Source: Antedon mediterranea
Taxonomy: Eukaryota > Animalia > Echinodermata
DNA length: 64,000 bases
Direction: 5' to 3'
Assembly: GCF_964355755.1 (NCBI RefSeq)
Contig: NC_092674.1
Location: 14,446,001 to 14,510,000 of the forward strand
Shown here one piece after another: positions 1 through 11,804 of the stretch (position 1 is its first letter; each line of letters opens with the position of its first letter). The notes beneath the pieces were generated by a model. It saw nothing but the letters and a program-made list of their open reading frames with translations, was not told the DNA's origin and did not search any database. The position numbers were made by a program, and so were the translations under genes.

Positions 1-359
1 AAACTAAAAATATAAATCGGAATATTCTTACTTATTTTAAGAAAAATATTGCTTGAAACAAGAATTCTATTTTAAAAAATCGATAAATTGTTACTTATTT
101 TAAGGCAGATACTGCTTAAAACAAGAATGAAAAAAGCAATTAAATTCTTGGTAAGAATATTGTTCTTAAAGTATTATTTCTTGGTAAGAATAATTTTCTT
201 GATAAGAATTTGTGTGATTCTTGTTAAGAATTTTACGATTCTTGGTAAGCCAAAAAGTATTGAAATACGGACAAGTCAAAATTTACTTGTTTCAAGAAAT
301 ATTTTGCTTGAAACAAGTTTTTTTTTTCTTAAAACAAGAATCAGAATTTTGCTGTGTAG
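1..359. mobile_element. Right end of a MITE-like DNA element with short internal subrepeats, cut by the window start
   Basis: Recurrent (ttcttggtaag / aaacaagaat) subrepeats ending in cagaattttgctgtgta, a TIR-like terminus; partner TIR not in window. Confidence 0.4.
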
Positions 360-1404
360 TAAGTAGGCCAGGTAGCCTACGTTGGCTAGGTTACAGGACT
401 GATTGCCCATAAAACATTCGATGTATAAATATCAACACCCCAGACAGTGTAATAATGACCTTTCCAGACCGAAAACCATTCTGCCCGAAATTACGATACT
501 CTCTCGATACAACTCCATATTTTATTAGTGGAAATGCATTTTTATTTAACATCAATCTTATCAAGCCAGCCAAAGACTGAATACGTAGGCCTACATTAAA
601 AGTACAAAGAACAATGTAAACCTATAAACAATTATTTGCAATTAGCAATGTATAATAAATAAAATCAACCATGGAGAAGGTGGAAAGATTATATACACTG
701 CCATGGGAATGGATAATTGAGAGGCGCCATATGTCAGTTGTGTGAACACCCATATAACTATTTGGTCAAAGTTGAATTATATCTTTCGAGGGTGTAAATA
801 TATAATAATATGCAACCGAGAGTAAAATTAAATTTAACTTTTTAACGACAATTTGCAATATCATAATCTATGGCGTACCAAACTGTCATTTATTTAGGCA
901 ACTAAAATATCTTAGTTTTTAATAGATGTAGTTAGTTTACATAGATCTTAGGTTCCAATAGAGATATATCCCTGTTTATAACCAAGATATCTTTTCAATA
1001 AAGATATCTCTATTATTCCAATTAGAGACAATTAATATATGTCTTAAGAGATATTTCATAGTTTTGTTCCCTTGAGTTAGGCTTATTAGCAATTTAGTAT
1101 TCCTATCAAATAAACTTGGTAGGCCTATAGACGACGCAATTCCCATGAGAATAAATAGGCCTATACTAACTATTATATTAAAATAAATGTATTAACTAAA
1201 ATCATTTCATTACTACTCAACTTATCAGATGTTATCGTAAATAGTGTTGTCATTTTCTTAATCAATATTATCGGTATCGATATAAATCTTCAACCCTCTT
1301 TAATATTTATTACCAAAATTGGTAGGCATATAGGGCTACGTGTTATACGTCAGTATAAACTGTACTTATACTCGACGCAAAGTATTCAAGTTCCATATTA
1401 GACT

Positions 1405-1731
1405 GAAATGAATTTTGTCTACACAGAATGAATTTTGTCTACACAGAATGAATTTTGTCTACACAGAATAATTTTTGTCTACACAGAATACATTTTGTCG
1501 CCACAAAATGAATTTTGTCCACACAGAATTAATTTTGTCTACAAAGTATTAATTTTGTCCACACAGAATTAATTTTGTCGAGACAAAATGAAGTTTGTCA
1601 AGACAAAATTAATTTTGTCCACACAGAATAAATTTTGTCAACACAAAATGAATTTTGTGTTGAACAAAATGAATTTTGTATTGACAAAATTAATTATGTG
1701 TAGACAAAATTGTAATATTTCGACAAAATTA
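1405..1731. repeat. 20-bp tandem minisatellite (aattttgtctacacagaatg), about 16 degenerate units
   Basis: Direct repetition visible; units are semi-palindromic (aattttgt...acaaaatt). Confidence 0.9.
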
Positions 1732-1995
1732 GCAATTTCCCATACGGCGCCCCGTACTACTATGTCTTTACAACGCTACTCATGCCAGTGAGAGGGAAGG
1801 GTGATGATATGGGTGGTTTAACTGCAATAATAAAGATTTACATACTATACGGCGACTGAAACCATTATCCGTCTAAAAAAATTTATATCCAACCTCTGCA
1901 GCACAGATTGAAAAAAAAATGGATCGAATTTCTGTTATGAGTATAGAGTACTTTCCTTTACGACGCCTGAGGGAATAGACACTTGTGGAACGACA

Positions 1996-2465
1996 CAGAG
2001 ATTGGAATGTTCCATTCATTGCAAATCAATACATTTGTATAAACGTATATTAAATCTATCAAAATAGTATTTTTTTAAGAAAATCGGCCTGTCTTCAACA
2101 TTATGATACTGTACTGGAGCTGTTCAACGGGTTTTCAGCTATTAAAAACAATTATCGTAGGAGGAGATAGGAAAATGCGAAGCCTCCTCGCATTTTTGTG
2201 GCGGGTATTTTTCAAGATGGACATCCATTAGACAGTGTATACCACGATCGGAAAACACCCCTATTTGGGGCAAATCGTTGAACCTAAATTCGTTTTAATC
2301 GTCAATAACTAATTATCTAACATAATTTAATTAGTAAACAGGGTTACATCAGGTGGTTAAAATCAGTACCGAAAGTACGAACCAACTTTATATACCATCG
2401 AGTAAAAATTCTAAAAGTAAGGTGCGATTTACCGAATTTTGCCCTTACGTAAATTTATATATAGA
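1996..2465 (-). mobile_element. Non-autonomous Helitron family A, 5' portion only
   Basis: Closely matches 3295-3772; 5'-TCTATATATAAATTTACG terminus at 2465; lacks the 3' end. Confidence 0.8.
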
Positions 2466-3772
2466 CTAGATGGCACGCTCGCTTCGCTCGCGTACCATCT
2501 AGGTCGTGCCCACAGATGGTTCTCGAATACACAGTATTTCCAGCGAGAAAAAAATGGAGATTTCAAATGTACGTAGCAGGACTATAATACATTGTCGTTT
2601 ACAGAAACGAATAAATATACACAATGATTTATGTAGTCAACCAAAATTAGCACCCTGGGAATTACTTCCGAGAGAGAAACAAAATGAGTCAATTTTTTTT
2701 TATTTTGACTCATTTAAACAAACCCAATTTGTGTTTTGTATGTAACATTAAGGGTTGAGGGATGGGGGAAGAAGATAGGTACAAAGAGGAAACATTTTAA
2801 AATATATTCTTATCCACTCAGTAACGAAATATTGTTTTTAATGTTTTATAGGCCTATAAATAATATACCACTAAATACAGTAAAACATTTACGATTTAAT
2901 ACGGTACTTTGTTAAAACTCTCACTGTCATAGTCGATTGAAATAGTAAAGTACATGTAACGATACACCACTACGACGTTTATATATTTTTAAATTATTAA
3001 TTAATACAAACGTTGAGAAGCAACTGTCAGTAATAACGTTTATTTATTTGTATATTATATGTTTATAATCTAACAGTAGGGCCTACCCACACTCACAGTA
3101 ATAAAGTTTATTTGTATATATTTTTATATTACATCTAACAGTACCAACACTCACAGTAAGAAATTTGCGATTCAAATTGCGATCAAAAGTGGTTAATACC
3201 TTAACAGTACTGTACAGCATTGCAATACTATTTATGTTTATTCTCCAAGGGGCCCATAAATCTAAATCTATACCTCTATGGTTAAACCAAATAATTTGGA
3301 ATGTTCCATTCATCACAAATCAATACATTTGTAAAAACGTATATTAAATGTATCAAAATAGTATTTTTTAAAGAAAATCGGCCTGTCTTCAACATTATGA
3401 TGCTGTACTCGAACTGTTCAACCGGTTTTCAGCTATTAAAAACAATTATCGTAGGAGGAGATAGGAAAATGCGAAGCCTGCTCGCATTTTTGTGGCGGGT
3501 ATTTTTCAAGATGGACATCCATTAGACAGTGTATACCACGATCGGAAAACACCCCTATTTGGGGCAAATCGTTGATTTGGGGTAAATCATCTAAATTCGT
3601 TTTAATCGTCAATAACTAATTATCTAACTTAATTTAATTAGTAAACGGGGTTACATCAGGTGGTTAAAATTAGTACCGAAAGTACGAACCAACTTTATAT
3701 ACCATCGAGTAAAAATTCTAGAAGTAAGGCGCGATTTACCGAATTTTGCCCTTACGTAAATTTATATATAGA
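2466..3772 (-). mobile_element. Non-autonomous Helitron family A, full-length (about 1.3 kb)
   Basis: 5' TC at 3772 preceded by A on the minus strand; 3' CTAG at 2466 within hairpin ctagatggcacgc-tcgcttcgctc-gcgtaccatctag; no TSD; related copies at 24886, 52292 and 53593. Confidence 0.88.
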
Positions 3773-4264
3773 TAATGGCAGTAAGAATTATTATTATTAT
3801 CCTATCAGGATGAGGTAAAAATCATGAATAATGCATGAGCCTAATTACTAATTATTTCTATGACAAAGAATATATTGCTGCCCTATTTCCGAAATATAAG
3901 TGAACATAAACTAAATATAAAATTTGTGTATGCATGACACTTACAAAATTAAAATACCTATTTCACAGTTTCTTCACAATATAACATGAACCAAATATTT
4001 TGTATGTTCCCCCTAAAACATACTGAGTCAATATTGGATATAATTTACTGATTGGTATGGCCAGTAAAATATATTTGACTTTTTGGTGATGAATAGGGAA
4101 AGGAATCATTCTGTTTTAGGTTTTCAGAGGCCTGTAAATTATAGATACACACAGTAACTACAAATTTAATCACGTTTAAAAATGATGAAAATAAAAAGTA
4201 ACATAGTGATTATTTCTACAGTAGTATCAGGTATACATATAGCATTTTTGTAAAATAACAATCA

Positions 4265-4596
4265 TTACCCACCTTGTCCTGATTGGTCTGTAAACACTGC
4301 AACTTCTAAACTGATGACATCTTTGTATTCATGTCTTGTACACAGGCTATCAGCTAAATCAACACGTCCCTGTTGTTTTAAAGCCTTGATCATTGTAGGT
4401 AGTTGATGTGCCTCTGCATGTTGCCAGCTATTTCTCCATTGAACCAAAACCTCCATCATGGCATCTTCTACATGTTTGTTTTTGCCTGCAATTTTACCAA
4501 CGTTTTCCCATTTGATTCCAAGTCGCACTGCTAGTCTTCTCCAACTTTCACCTAAATTGTCACAGATGAAGAGGAGATCTTGATCATCAAAACAAG
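4265..4596 (-). CDS. Death-domain exon 2
   Basis: Acceptor ttatttcacag ending at 4597; W-x-x-L-A-x-x-L-G, L-x-x-W and L-x-x-x-G-R-x-D-L-A death-fold motifs. Confidence 0.75.
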
Positions 4597-4938
4597 CTGT
4601 GAAATAAGAAAAATAATATAAAGACAATGCTTTGTTAAAATTAATATATTATTGATTAATTATATCATAAAGAAAAATTATTAAAAAATAAAAATGTTAT
4701 AGATATTCTATTTTTATTGCCTGTAAGAATTTTTTTTTTCCTAGGTTAAGGTAGAAATCATAATAATACATGAGCCTAAAGTAATTATTAATTTTTTTCC
4801 ATAAAGAACTATAAGATAGCTGCCCTTCCTAAATATAATTAAGCACTCTAATCCTAAAAAAAATCAAGGATTTTCATACTTATGCTTCAAACCCAGGGAT
4901 TTCAGTTTTATAGATTGCAGAAAACCATTGCTGTATGC

Positions 4939-5349
4939 TTATATAGAAGCACTTAAAATGCCCCAATTAATGGCATAATCAACTTCATGAATTATCCAGG
5001 ATTTCTGAAAATTATAGGAAAAAAGTAATGATGCCAGCATTCGGGCTATACATATCAATGAATGTTTGATAATCTCTGGCAGTTCATCCTTAATGTATTT
5101 CTCAAACTGCTTAGCGAGATCATTGCGACTATGTTGTCTAAGTATAGTGCATAATACTTGTTGCTGATTAAGGTCACTACCAATGCTGCTTCTCCAATGT
5201 TCTAGCATGTTTGCTGTAGCTTTATCTGTCTGCTTTTCATTATCAAAAATAATATTTACTTTAGACCATGTAAGCCCCAAACGAACACCAAATCGTCTGC
5301 AGGAAAGATCCATCTCTCTGGACACTTTATCAATAGTTAGGTCATCCAC
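4939..5349 (-). CDS. Death-domain segment 1 (splice context disrupted)
   Basis: Same death-domain motif pattern over about the first 85 codons; no clear acceptor upstream. Confidence 0.65.
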   Translation of the reverse strand: MDDLTIDKVSREMDLSCRRFGVRLGLTWSKVNIIFDNEKQTDKATANMLEHWRSSIGSDLNQQQVLCTILRQHSRNDLAKQFEKYIKDELPEIIKHSLICIARMLASLLFSYNFQKSWIIHEVDYAINWGILSASI

Positions 5350-5430
5350 ATAGTCTATGATGCTTGGCTACCAATCTAAGGGTCCTGGGTTCAAGTCCTG
5401 TCATATGTCAGGGTTTTTTTCTCATGACAA
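5350..5430 (+). mobile_element. tRNA-derived SINE fragment
   Basis: ggctaccaatctaagggtcctGGGTTCAAGTCCtg: tRNA anticodon arm remnant plus B-box. Confidence 0.55.
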
Positions 5431-6253
5431 TTTACAACTCCACTCCCAAAGACTTAATATTAAGTCTTTGTTTATGTAGAGCATCTTGTGTATATGTTTG
5501 TCTTATATGTTCTAGTGCAGTATATGGAGAGCCATCTCGATAGTGCTTTGCACTCATGGCAATCCTCAGGGTGCTGCACCGCTGTATTGTCATGTATTGT
5601 TGTGCCTGAAAATTGAATAAAAAAATATTTAAAAAAATAAATAAAAATATCAAAAAGCAAAATTATGAAATCAATTTTAATCCTATTAAAAAAGTATGTT
5701 AAATATAATCATTATTTTATCCTAATTGATACCTTTGTTATCTTTGACATCTGACATCCTCCTTAGTTTACTAGATCCCTTAACTTTTGATTTTAAAGAT
5801 GTTTTATGAGCCTCAGCAACGGTATCGGTATCGTCAGTATCATATTCTGGATCTATGTCCTTCTGTCTACCAGCTTCCTTTGAGGGAGAAGCTAAAACGA
5901 CAATAAAAAAGTCAAATATAAAGCGTAGACAAGCTTCTTGTTTTACTAGGTCAATTAATATGAAATGTAAATTGTGTTTTTTTTTTAAAACAAATCTAGG
6001 CCTAGACAAGATGCCGTATTATGAACATTTTCTGCCTTAGGTAAGACAAAAGAAAACAAGGTACATCTAAGTTTTGTGGTAAATAATTTAGTGTTTCTAT
6101 ATCTTTTATTATTTTTAGAATCACAAACCTTCTACTGACATCGATCACAACAATATTGATGGTGGCTTTTTTTTTTTAATATTTAAAATGTGTTGATATA
6201 TGTTCGTGAGTTGCTAATTTCATGGTAAGGTCCCAATCACGATATATTAATTA

Positions 6254-7606
6254 CTAGCAATTATACCCGCCCCAGGGCGGGTTTCAAAATTAGTTTACAG
6301 CCTTCTCAGTACATAACACCCGACGCCAGTATTTGTCTATACTCGCCAACCTCCACCCCTCTTCAATAACACCCCATACTCTTTCTTAAAAACAAATTCT
6401 TCCCAGTGATGGACAAATTCAATTCAACCTAAGCTTCGAATTGAGAGGAGTATGCATAGCTACGATGGGTCTAATAATGGTTAAATGGTACGTTGTAAAT
6501 TGTGTAAATGAATAGGTGTCATATTGGCTGATAATTAAAATATGTAATTTAGATACTGCGGTTCCCCAGCCTTCTTTCTCCTTTCACCACCCCAGCCACC
6601 ATCAACAAACCTTAACTCCTCCCCTGGACAGTTCAAATTTAGTAACTTTTCCTAGTGCAATCCAATCATATAGGCTACTTCATTACGCTAGTATTTTCGC
6701 TCCTCCTCCCCCTACTACACTACACCCCAGTACAAATTATGTTATTATCACTCCCAACCCATAATCCCTCAGCGGCAGTTTTCAAATGTAGTTTAAAACA
6801 TACCAAATACAGTTTCGGTCATGGTGATAGGCCTACATCTCCACCCCAAACTCCCATCTGCTTCCCAGGGATGATTAAATACTTTAACATTTTCCAACCA
6901 CAATTCTGGTGTAAGCAAAATCCCCTGAACCCAAACCCTATCTCCCAACCCCACTCTCCCACAATTGTAATGTAATTGAACACAGTAACAGTAAACATCA
7001 TGTGTATGTTCACACAGGTATGGATGTCTGTAATGAGACAATCCAAGAGACCGATACATAGCTGGATATGGTTAAAGTACTTTGCTAAATGTGTAATTGA
7101 ATAGGTGTCATATTGGTTAATGAATAAAATATGTATATCTATATCTATATTTCCCCAAACGCCTTGCTGAGGATAATTCAAATACTGTAAAACTTTTGTA
7201 GTATATATTTTACAATTCGATAGCCTACAACCCCGAGCCCTAGCAAAAATGTGACATCACAAACCACCACACCACCCACCCCTCCCACTAAAACCCCAGG
7301 AGTCGGGGGAATTTTTGTAAATGTAGTTTAAAACCTTCCGGGTACAATTGCCATCATTTTGATACCCCATACGTATGGTTACGTGCAGAAACAGAAATTT
7401 GTATAACGAACAAACATCGAAAGTGGGGGTTTTGACCACATTTTGGTCCCTAACTTGGATCCTAGGTGGCGGATGATGTTGAAATATAGCTTAGAACATT
7501 CCCGGTACAATTGCGGTCATTTTGATACCCCATATGTAAGATTATGTGCAGTAACAAAATTTTGTATAACGAACAAACAGACAAACTCTCTCACTTATAA
7601 TATAGA
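6254..7606 (-). mobile_element. Non-autonomous Helitron family B (canonical termini)
   Basis: A|TCTATATTATAAGTGAGAGAGTTTGTCTG at 7606; 3' CTAG|T at 6254 with GC hairpin acccgccccagggcgggt a few nt inside; internal duplication about 7320-7415 vs 7485-7577. Confidence 0.85.
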
Positions 7607-8084
7607 TAAGTAAAACACTTTTAATGTAGTAGTTATTTAAAATAAATGCACCAGATTAGCAATTAATCAGGAATAGATCTTTACCTTTGTTATTTTTCTT
7701 GGGGGAAAAGAATGTCTTTACTCTACGAGTAAAAGTAAGTGTTGAAGTAGAAGCTTGTGCATCACTGTCGTCAACAATGTCTACAACCATGCTTTGCTTT
7801 GTACGAGCTCTCAATTTAAAAGCTAAATATAAATTAATAACAAACATTTTTAAATGTACGTTTAAAAAAAAATCATCTACAATAATATTTGATAATATTG
7901 TAATTCTGTGGATTATTACATTGTTTATTTCTAATGATGGTGTATTAAATCATATCATCTAAAAGGTGTTTTCAGTCATTTATGGTTTGTATATAATTGT
8001 TAAAAGATTATAATTTTTATTTAACAATATACAAAATTAATAGTCATGTTAGATATAGAACTGGTAGATTTAAACATTAAATAG

Positions 8085-8550
8085 TTAAATATTGGTGAGT
8101 ATGCACTAATCTAAGGTTAGGTCAACTATTGGTGGGTTGGTTGATCATTAGTTAGCCAACTATTGATGAGTATGAACTAATGTAAGGTTAGGCCAACTAT
8201 TGGTGGGTTGATCATTAGTTAGCCAACTATTGATGAGTATGAACTAATGTAAGGTTAGGCCAACTATTGGTGGGTTGGTTGATCATTAGTTAGCCAACTA
8301 TTGATGAGTATTAACTAATGTAAGGTTAGATCAACTATTGGGGGGTTGATCATTGGTTAGCAAACTATTGGTGAGTATGAACTAATTTAAGGTTAGGTCA
8401 ACTAATGGTTGGTTGGTTGATCATTAGTTGGCCAACTCACATTGGTGAGTTATGAACTAATTTTAAAGTTAGGTCAACTATTGGTGGGTTGATCATTAGT
8501 TAGCCAACTGTTGGTGAGTATAAACTAATTTAAGAGGGCAACTATTGATA
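8085..8550. repeat. About 60-bp tandem minisatellite (ggtcaactattggtgggttgatcattagttagccaactattgatgagtatgaactaatgtaaggtta), about 7-8 units
   Basis: Direct repetition; each unit is a dimer of related ~30-bp halves. Confidence 0.9.
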
Positions 8551-9611
8551 GATTGAATGCTAGTTTGCCTAAGAATAAGACTTCGAAGTAAACTGAGTGA
8601 TGTTTACACCCTTGGTTTCATTCAGGAGGTTACAGTCTTGTCAGCATCAGGGTGCACCCACATTTTACATGAATGATGCAAATATAATTGTTAAATTTCA
8701 ACCTCATATCTGGATTTAAGTAAAGAGGCGTATTTCTTATACTTCTAATTCATCCTTTTTTTTTTAACAGTGAGACAATTATACACGATTGATGATACAG
8801 GCACAAATCATCTACCTTTTAGTACATTGTCTCCAAACAGTTTACGGTAACGTTTCACTTCCATTCCTCTGCTTCCACATGGCAACACATCTTGGTTAAA
8901 TTTGCGTACAACATGCATATGAGTATGTTCACCTTTTGAAGCACACACACAAAGGATGTACATCTTTACTACAAAACCATGTGCACTCTTCTCACTCAAA
9001 ACATGCAATTCTTTGTCAAGGAAAGTAAGTACCTAGAAAATAGATAGTCTAATTTGATGATGAAAATAGAGAAAATAACTTGAAAGCTTGTTTCAGAAGA
9101 GGCCTAAAAATATTCCAACACAAAATCAATGATTTCACTTGTAAAAGTACAGTACAACAACTTCAAAATAAATTTAAACAAAATGTGTACTTAACTGGAA
9201 TTTTAAAAATTTGCTTTTCCATTATCAGAAAAAATTTACTTTTAAAATTATGAAACATAGGCATATTCATTTTTTATAAAACACAAAAAAAGTGACGTAT
9301 TTGTATATTTGTATTTCTAATGGCCTTGCACAGCCTCAATTGTTTCGTGTTTTAAAGTAATTATTAACATATAATAATTTTTTGATCAAGTCTACAGATT
9401 TTAAATGGTGTACAAGAAGTCTCGATATCAACAATTTTTTAGTAATTCTAGCCTCATTAAATAGGACAGCCAGTTGTTCTTATGCAATATACTCTACACA
9501 TAACTTACTTGTAAACTAGCTTACCTTCTTACAGATGCGATGTTTTGGATTATCACGAATCATGTAAAGTACCTTTTATCAGTTGAGAAACGAATTATAA
9601 TTATTAAAATT

Positions 9612-9945
9612 AGAGTATTTATTCGAATTAACACCCGCTTTGAATAAAAGCCTCCCTCAAATAAACGCCACCATTCCCTTCAATAGAACATCATGTGGAA
9701 TACGCCCGCCACATGCATTTACACAATAATTGTATCACAACACATTACATTAACTACCATAATCTACAATTTACCAAGCATTTTTTTCACTTTTTTATAT
9801 TAATTGTACTGTATTTTTTTTTTACATCTAGGTGGTATTTATTTGATTATACATATTACCATATTATAACCCAAATAAAGATGCCTCCCCTCCCCCTAAA
9901 AACCTTTTTGAACAATAAATGCCCGGGGTGTTTAATCGGATACAC
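9612..9945. mobile_element. MITE-like element (related degraded copy at about 17660-18010)
   Basis: Imperfect TIRs cgaattaacaccc / ggggtgtttaatcgg; shared internal sequence (atctacaatttaccaagcattt) with the second copy. Confidence 0.5.
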
Positions 9946-10287
9946 ATGGCAAGTTACTTCTAGCATTCTGAAAAGAACTGTTTCTATCAAAATGTTCTTG
10001 GGGACAGCAATAACTAGTACTTGAAATTGAAACAATTTAAAGTATCAGTTATTGCATAACATTACAATGAATGTAAATATGTATATTTCGAACAATTTGA
10101 TACCAAATTTAAGTTTCTACGACCAGTACTTACAGATATATGAAGATGCCATGATATGTGGGTCAAAGGTCATACATGGCATTTCTGATAATTTTTGACT
10201 AAAATGTCCCATTAGATTGAATATGAAAGCATGCCTTCTGAACATTTTGAGACTAAAATTGACTTGCTGCGACGAGTGGTTGCCGAG

Positions 10288-10804
10288 ATCAATCAATCAA
10301 TCAATCAATCGTTCGATTTATATAGCGCCATTCCAACATTCATTGCTCATGGCACTGTAAAAAAATCAGAAAAGGTGAGTTTTGAGTAGTGACTTAAAGT
10401 GACTCAATAATGATGTGTGTTTAATGTTCAATGGTAGGTGGTTCCAGAGCCTTGGTCCAGCAACACTGAAAGTCCGATCTCCCCAACTATGTTTGCTCCT
10501 TGGAATGTCCAGTAGCACCTGATGACTAGATCTTAGTTCTCGCTTTCCCTTCTTGACTGTCAACAATTCTGAGAGATACTTTGGAGCGCAACTATTTAGG
10601 CATCGGAACACCAGTAGCAGGATCTTAAATTTAACACGTGACTCCATGGGTAGCCAATTTAACTCTTTGAACAATGGTGTGACGTGATCATACTTCTTGG
10701 CACACATCACCAAGCGAGCTGCCCAATTTTGCACCTTCTGGAGAGTTCGCAACTGCTTCTTTGGCAGACCATACAGCAGGGAATTTCCCATATCAAGCCG
10801 ACTG
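10288..10804 (-). mobile_element. 5'-truncated L2/CR1-group LINE 3' end with (ATTG)n tail, inserted in another repeat (about 10060-11270)
   Basis: ORF NSLLYGLP..LQKVQNWAARL..HVTP..LNWLP..RVKFKIL..APKYL..LRSS..GDRTFSVAGPRLWNHLP..FKSLLKTHLF; 3' end gcgctatataaa followed by a microsatellite tail. Confidence 0.9.
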
Positions 10805-11804
10805 AATATCTATTTATATTTATTCATATAACCCTTGACCCTGACCCTTTGACCTTTTTTAAAACTGTGCAACAAATAACAAAATGTTCATTTCAAACAA
10901 TTTAAAACCAAATTCAAGTGTCTACGACCAGTAGTTACGGAGATAAATACATGCCCTGGGTTGTGGGTCAAAGGTCAGAAATGGCATTTCTGGTCATTTT
11001 TAACTAAAATGTCCCATTAGACTGAATATAAATGTATACCTTCTGATCAATTTGAGACCAAAATTACTTCGCTGTGACCAGTGGTTGTTGAGATTTAAGG
11101 ACATATTGGTGTTTGGTCTTATGACCTTTCACCTGACCTTTTGACCTTTCGCCACATTTTCAAAATTTGTAACCAAGCCAAAAATGATTGTTTGACCACC
11201 CTAAACCAATTTCTGAAGTCAAATTCTCTGGACCTCAAAGTGCATACGAAAGTTGATCTAGCTACTAGAGTAGTAAGGAACCTCAGGAAACTTCTGAATA
11301 ATAAAAGTTTGTCTCCACTAAAGCATATTCTACACTAGCATAATTTACTTAACAATTTGGAGATGTTTTTGTGTCTGTTGGACACTAGTTACTAGAGGCT
11401 TTTGACGACCTAACTTCTGCAAACTAAATAGTTTTCTTTAGTTTTGTCAAGTTTTCCGCTAACAGACAATGGAAAACTTCCTTTGTCAAACTCGAAATTG
11501 GCAAACTAAAGCTGTCTAATACCTTAGCATCTACCATTGCTTGAAGAATTTTTTTTGCCTGCTGTTACTGGAGTCTGTCATTTTGCAAGCCTTCTTCAAA
11601 CGATGGTTGTCAGCATTTTTCCAAAATCAAGTTTGCAAACTAGAGCTTGCTAGAAGATAGACTAGGTTGATTATCAATAGCGTGTTAGTATTATTCAATA
11701 GTTACCATACGTCAAAGGCGACAATATATTTCAATTTTATCAATATCGTGATTATTTTTAATAATAATAATTGTTTAAATATTGAAATATCGTTTTTTTT
11801 TAAG

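Larger units (their letters stand above)
4265..9032 (-). pseudogene. Fragmentary multi-exon gene with two tandem death domains (possibly the C-terminus of a ROCO-like/immune adaptor protein); 5' end not found
   Basis: Phase-1 spliced exons 9032-8816, 7822-7685, 5891-5733 and 5605-~5472. Death-domain-like segments at 5349-~5090 (DDLTIDKVSREMDLSCRRFGVRLGL..MLEHWR..LRQHSRNDLA) and 4596-4265 (DDQDLLFICDNLGESWRRLAVRLGI..VLVQWR..LKQQGRVDLAD). A SINE fragment sits where the first DD acceptor should be. Confidence 0.6.

Noticed and set aside
391-573. Possible exon on the minus strand
   Set aside because: Acceptor-like site present but no recognisable homology or linkage to the other exons.
3301-3525. 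Recurrent small ORF ([12 protein letters not shown]..), also at 25021-25344
   Set aside because: Lies inside non-autonomous Helitron A copies; no recognisable domain; not preserved in all copies.
11340-11660. Possible decayed coding remnant on the minus strand (..QAMVDAKVLDSFSLPISSLTKEVFHCLLAE..)
   Set aside because: Multiple stops and no family I can name; insufficient support.
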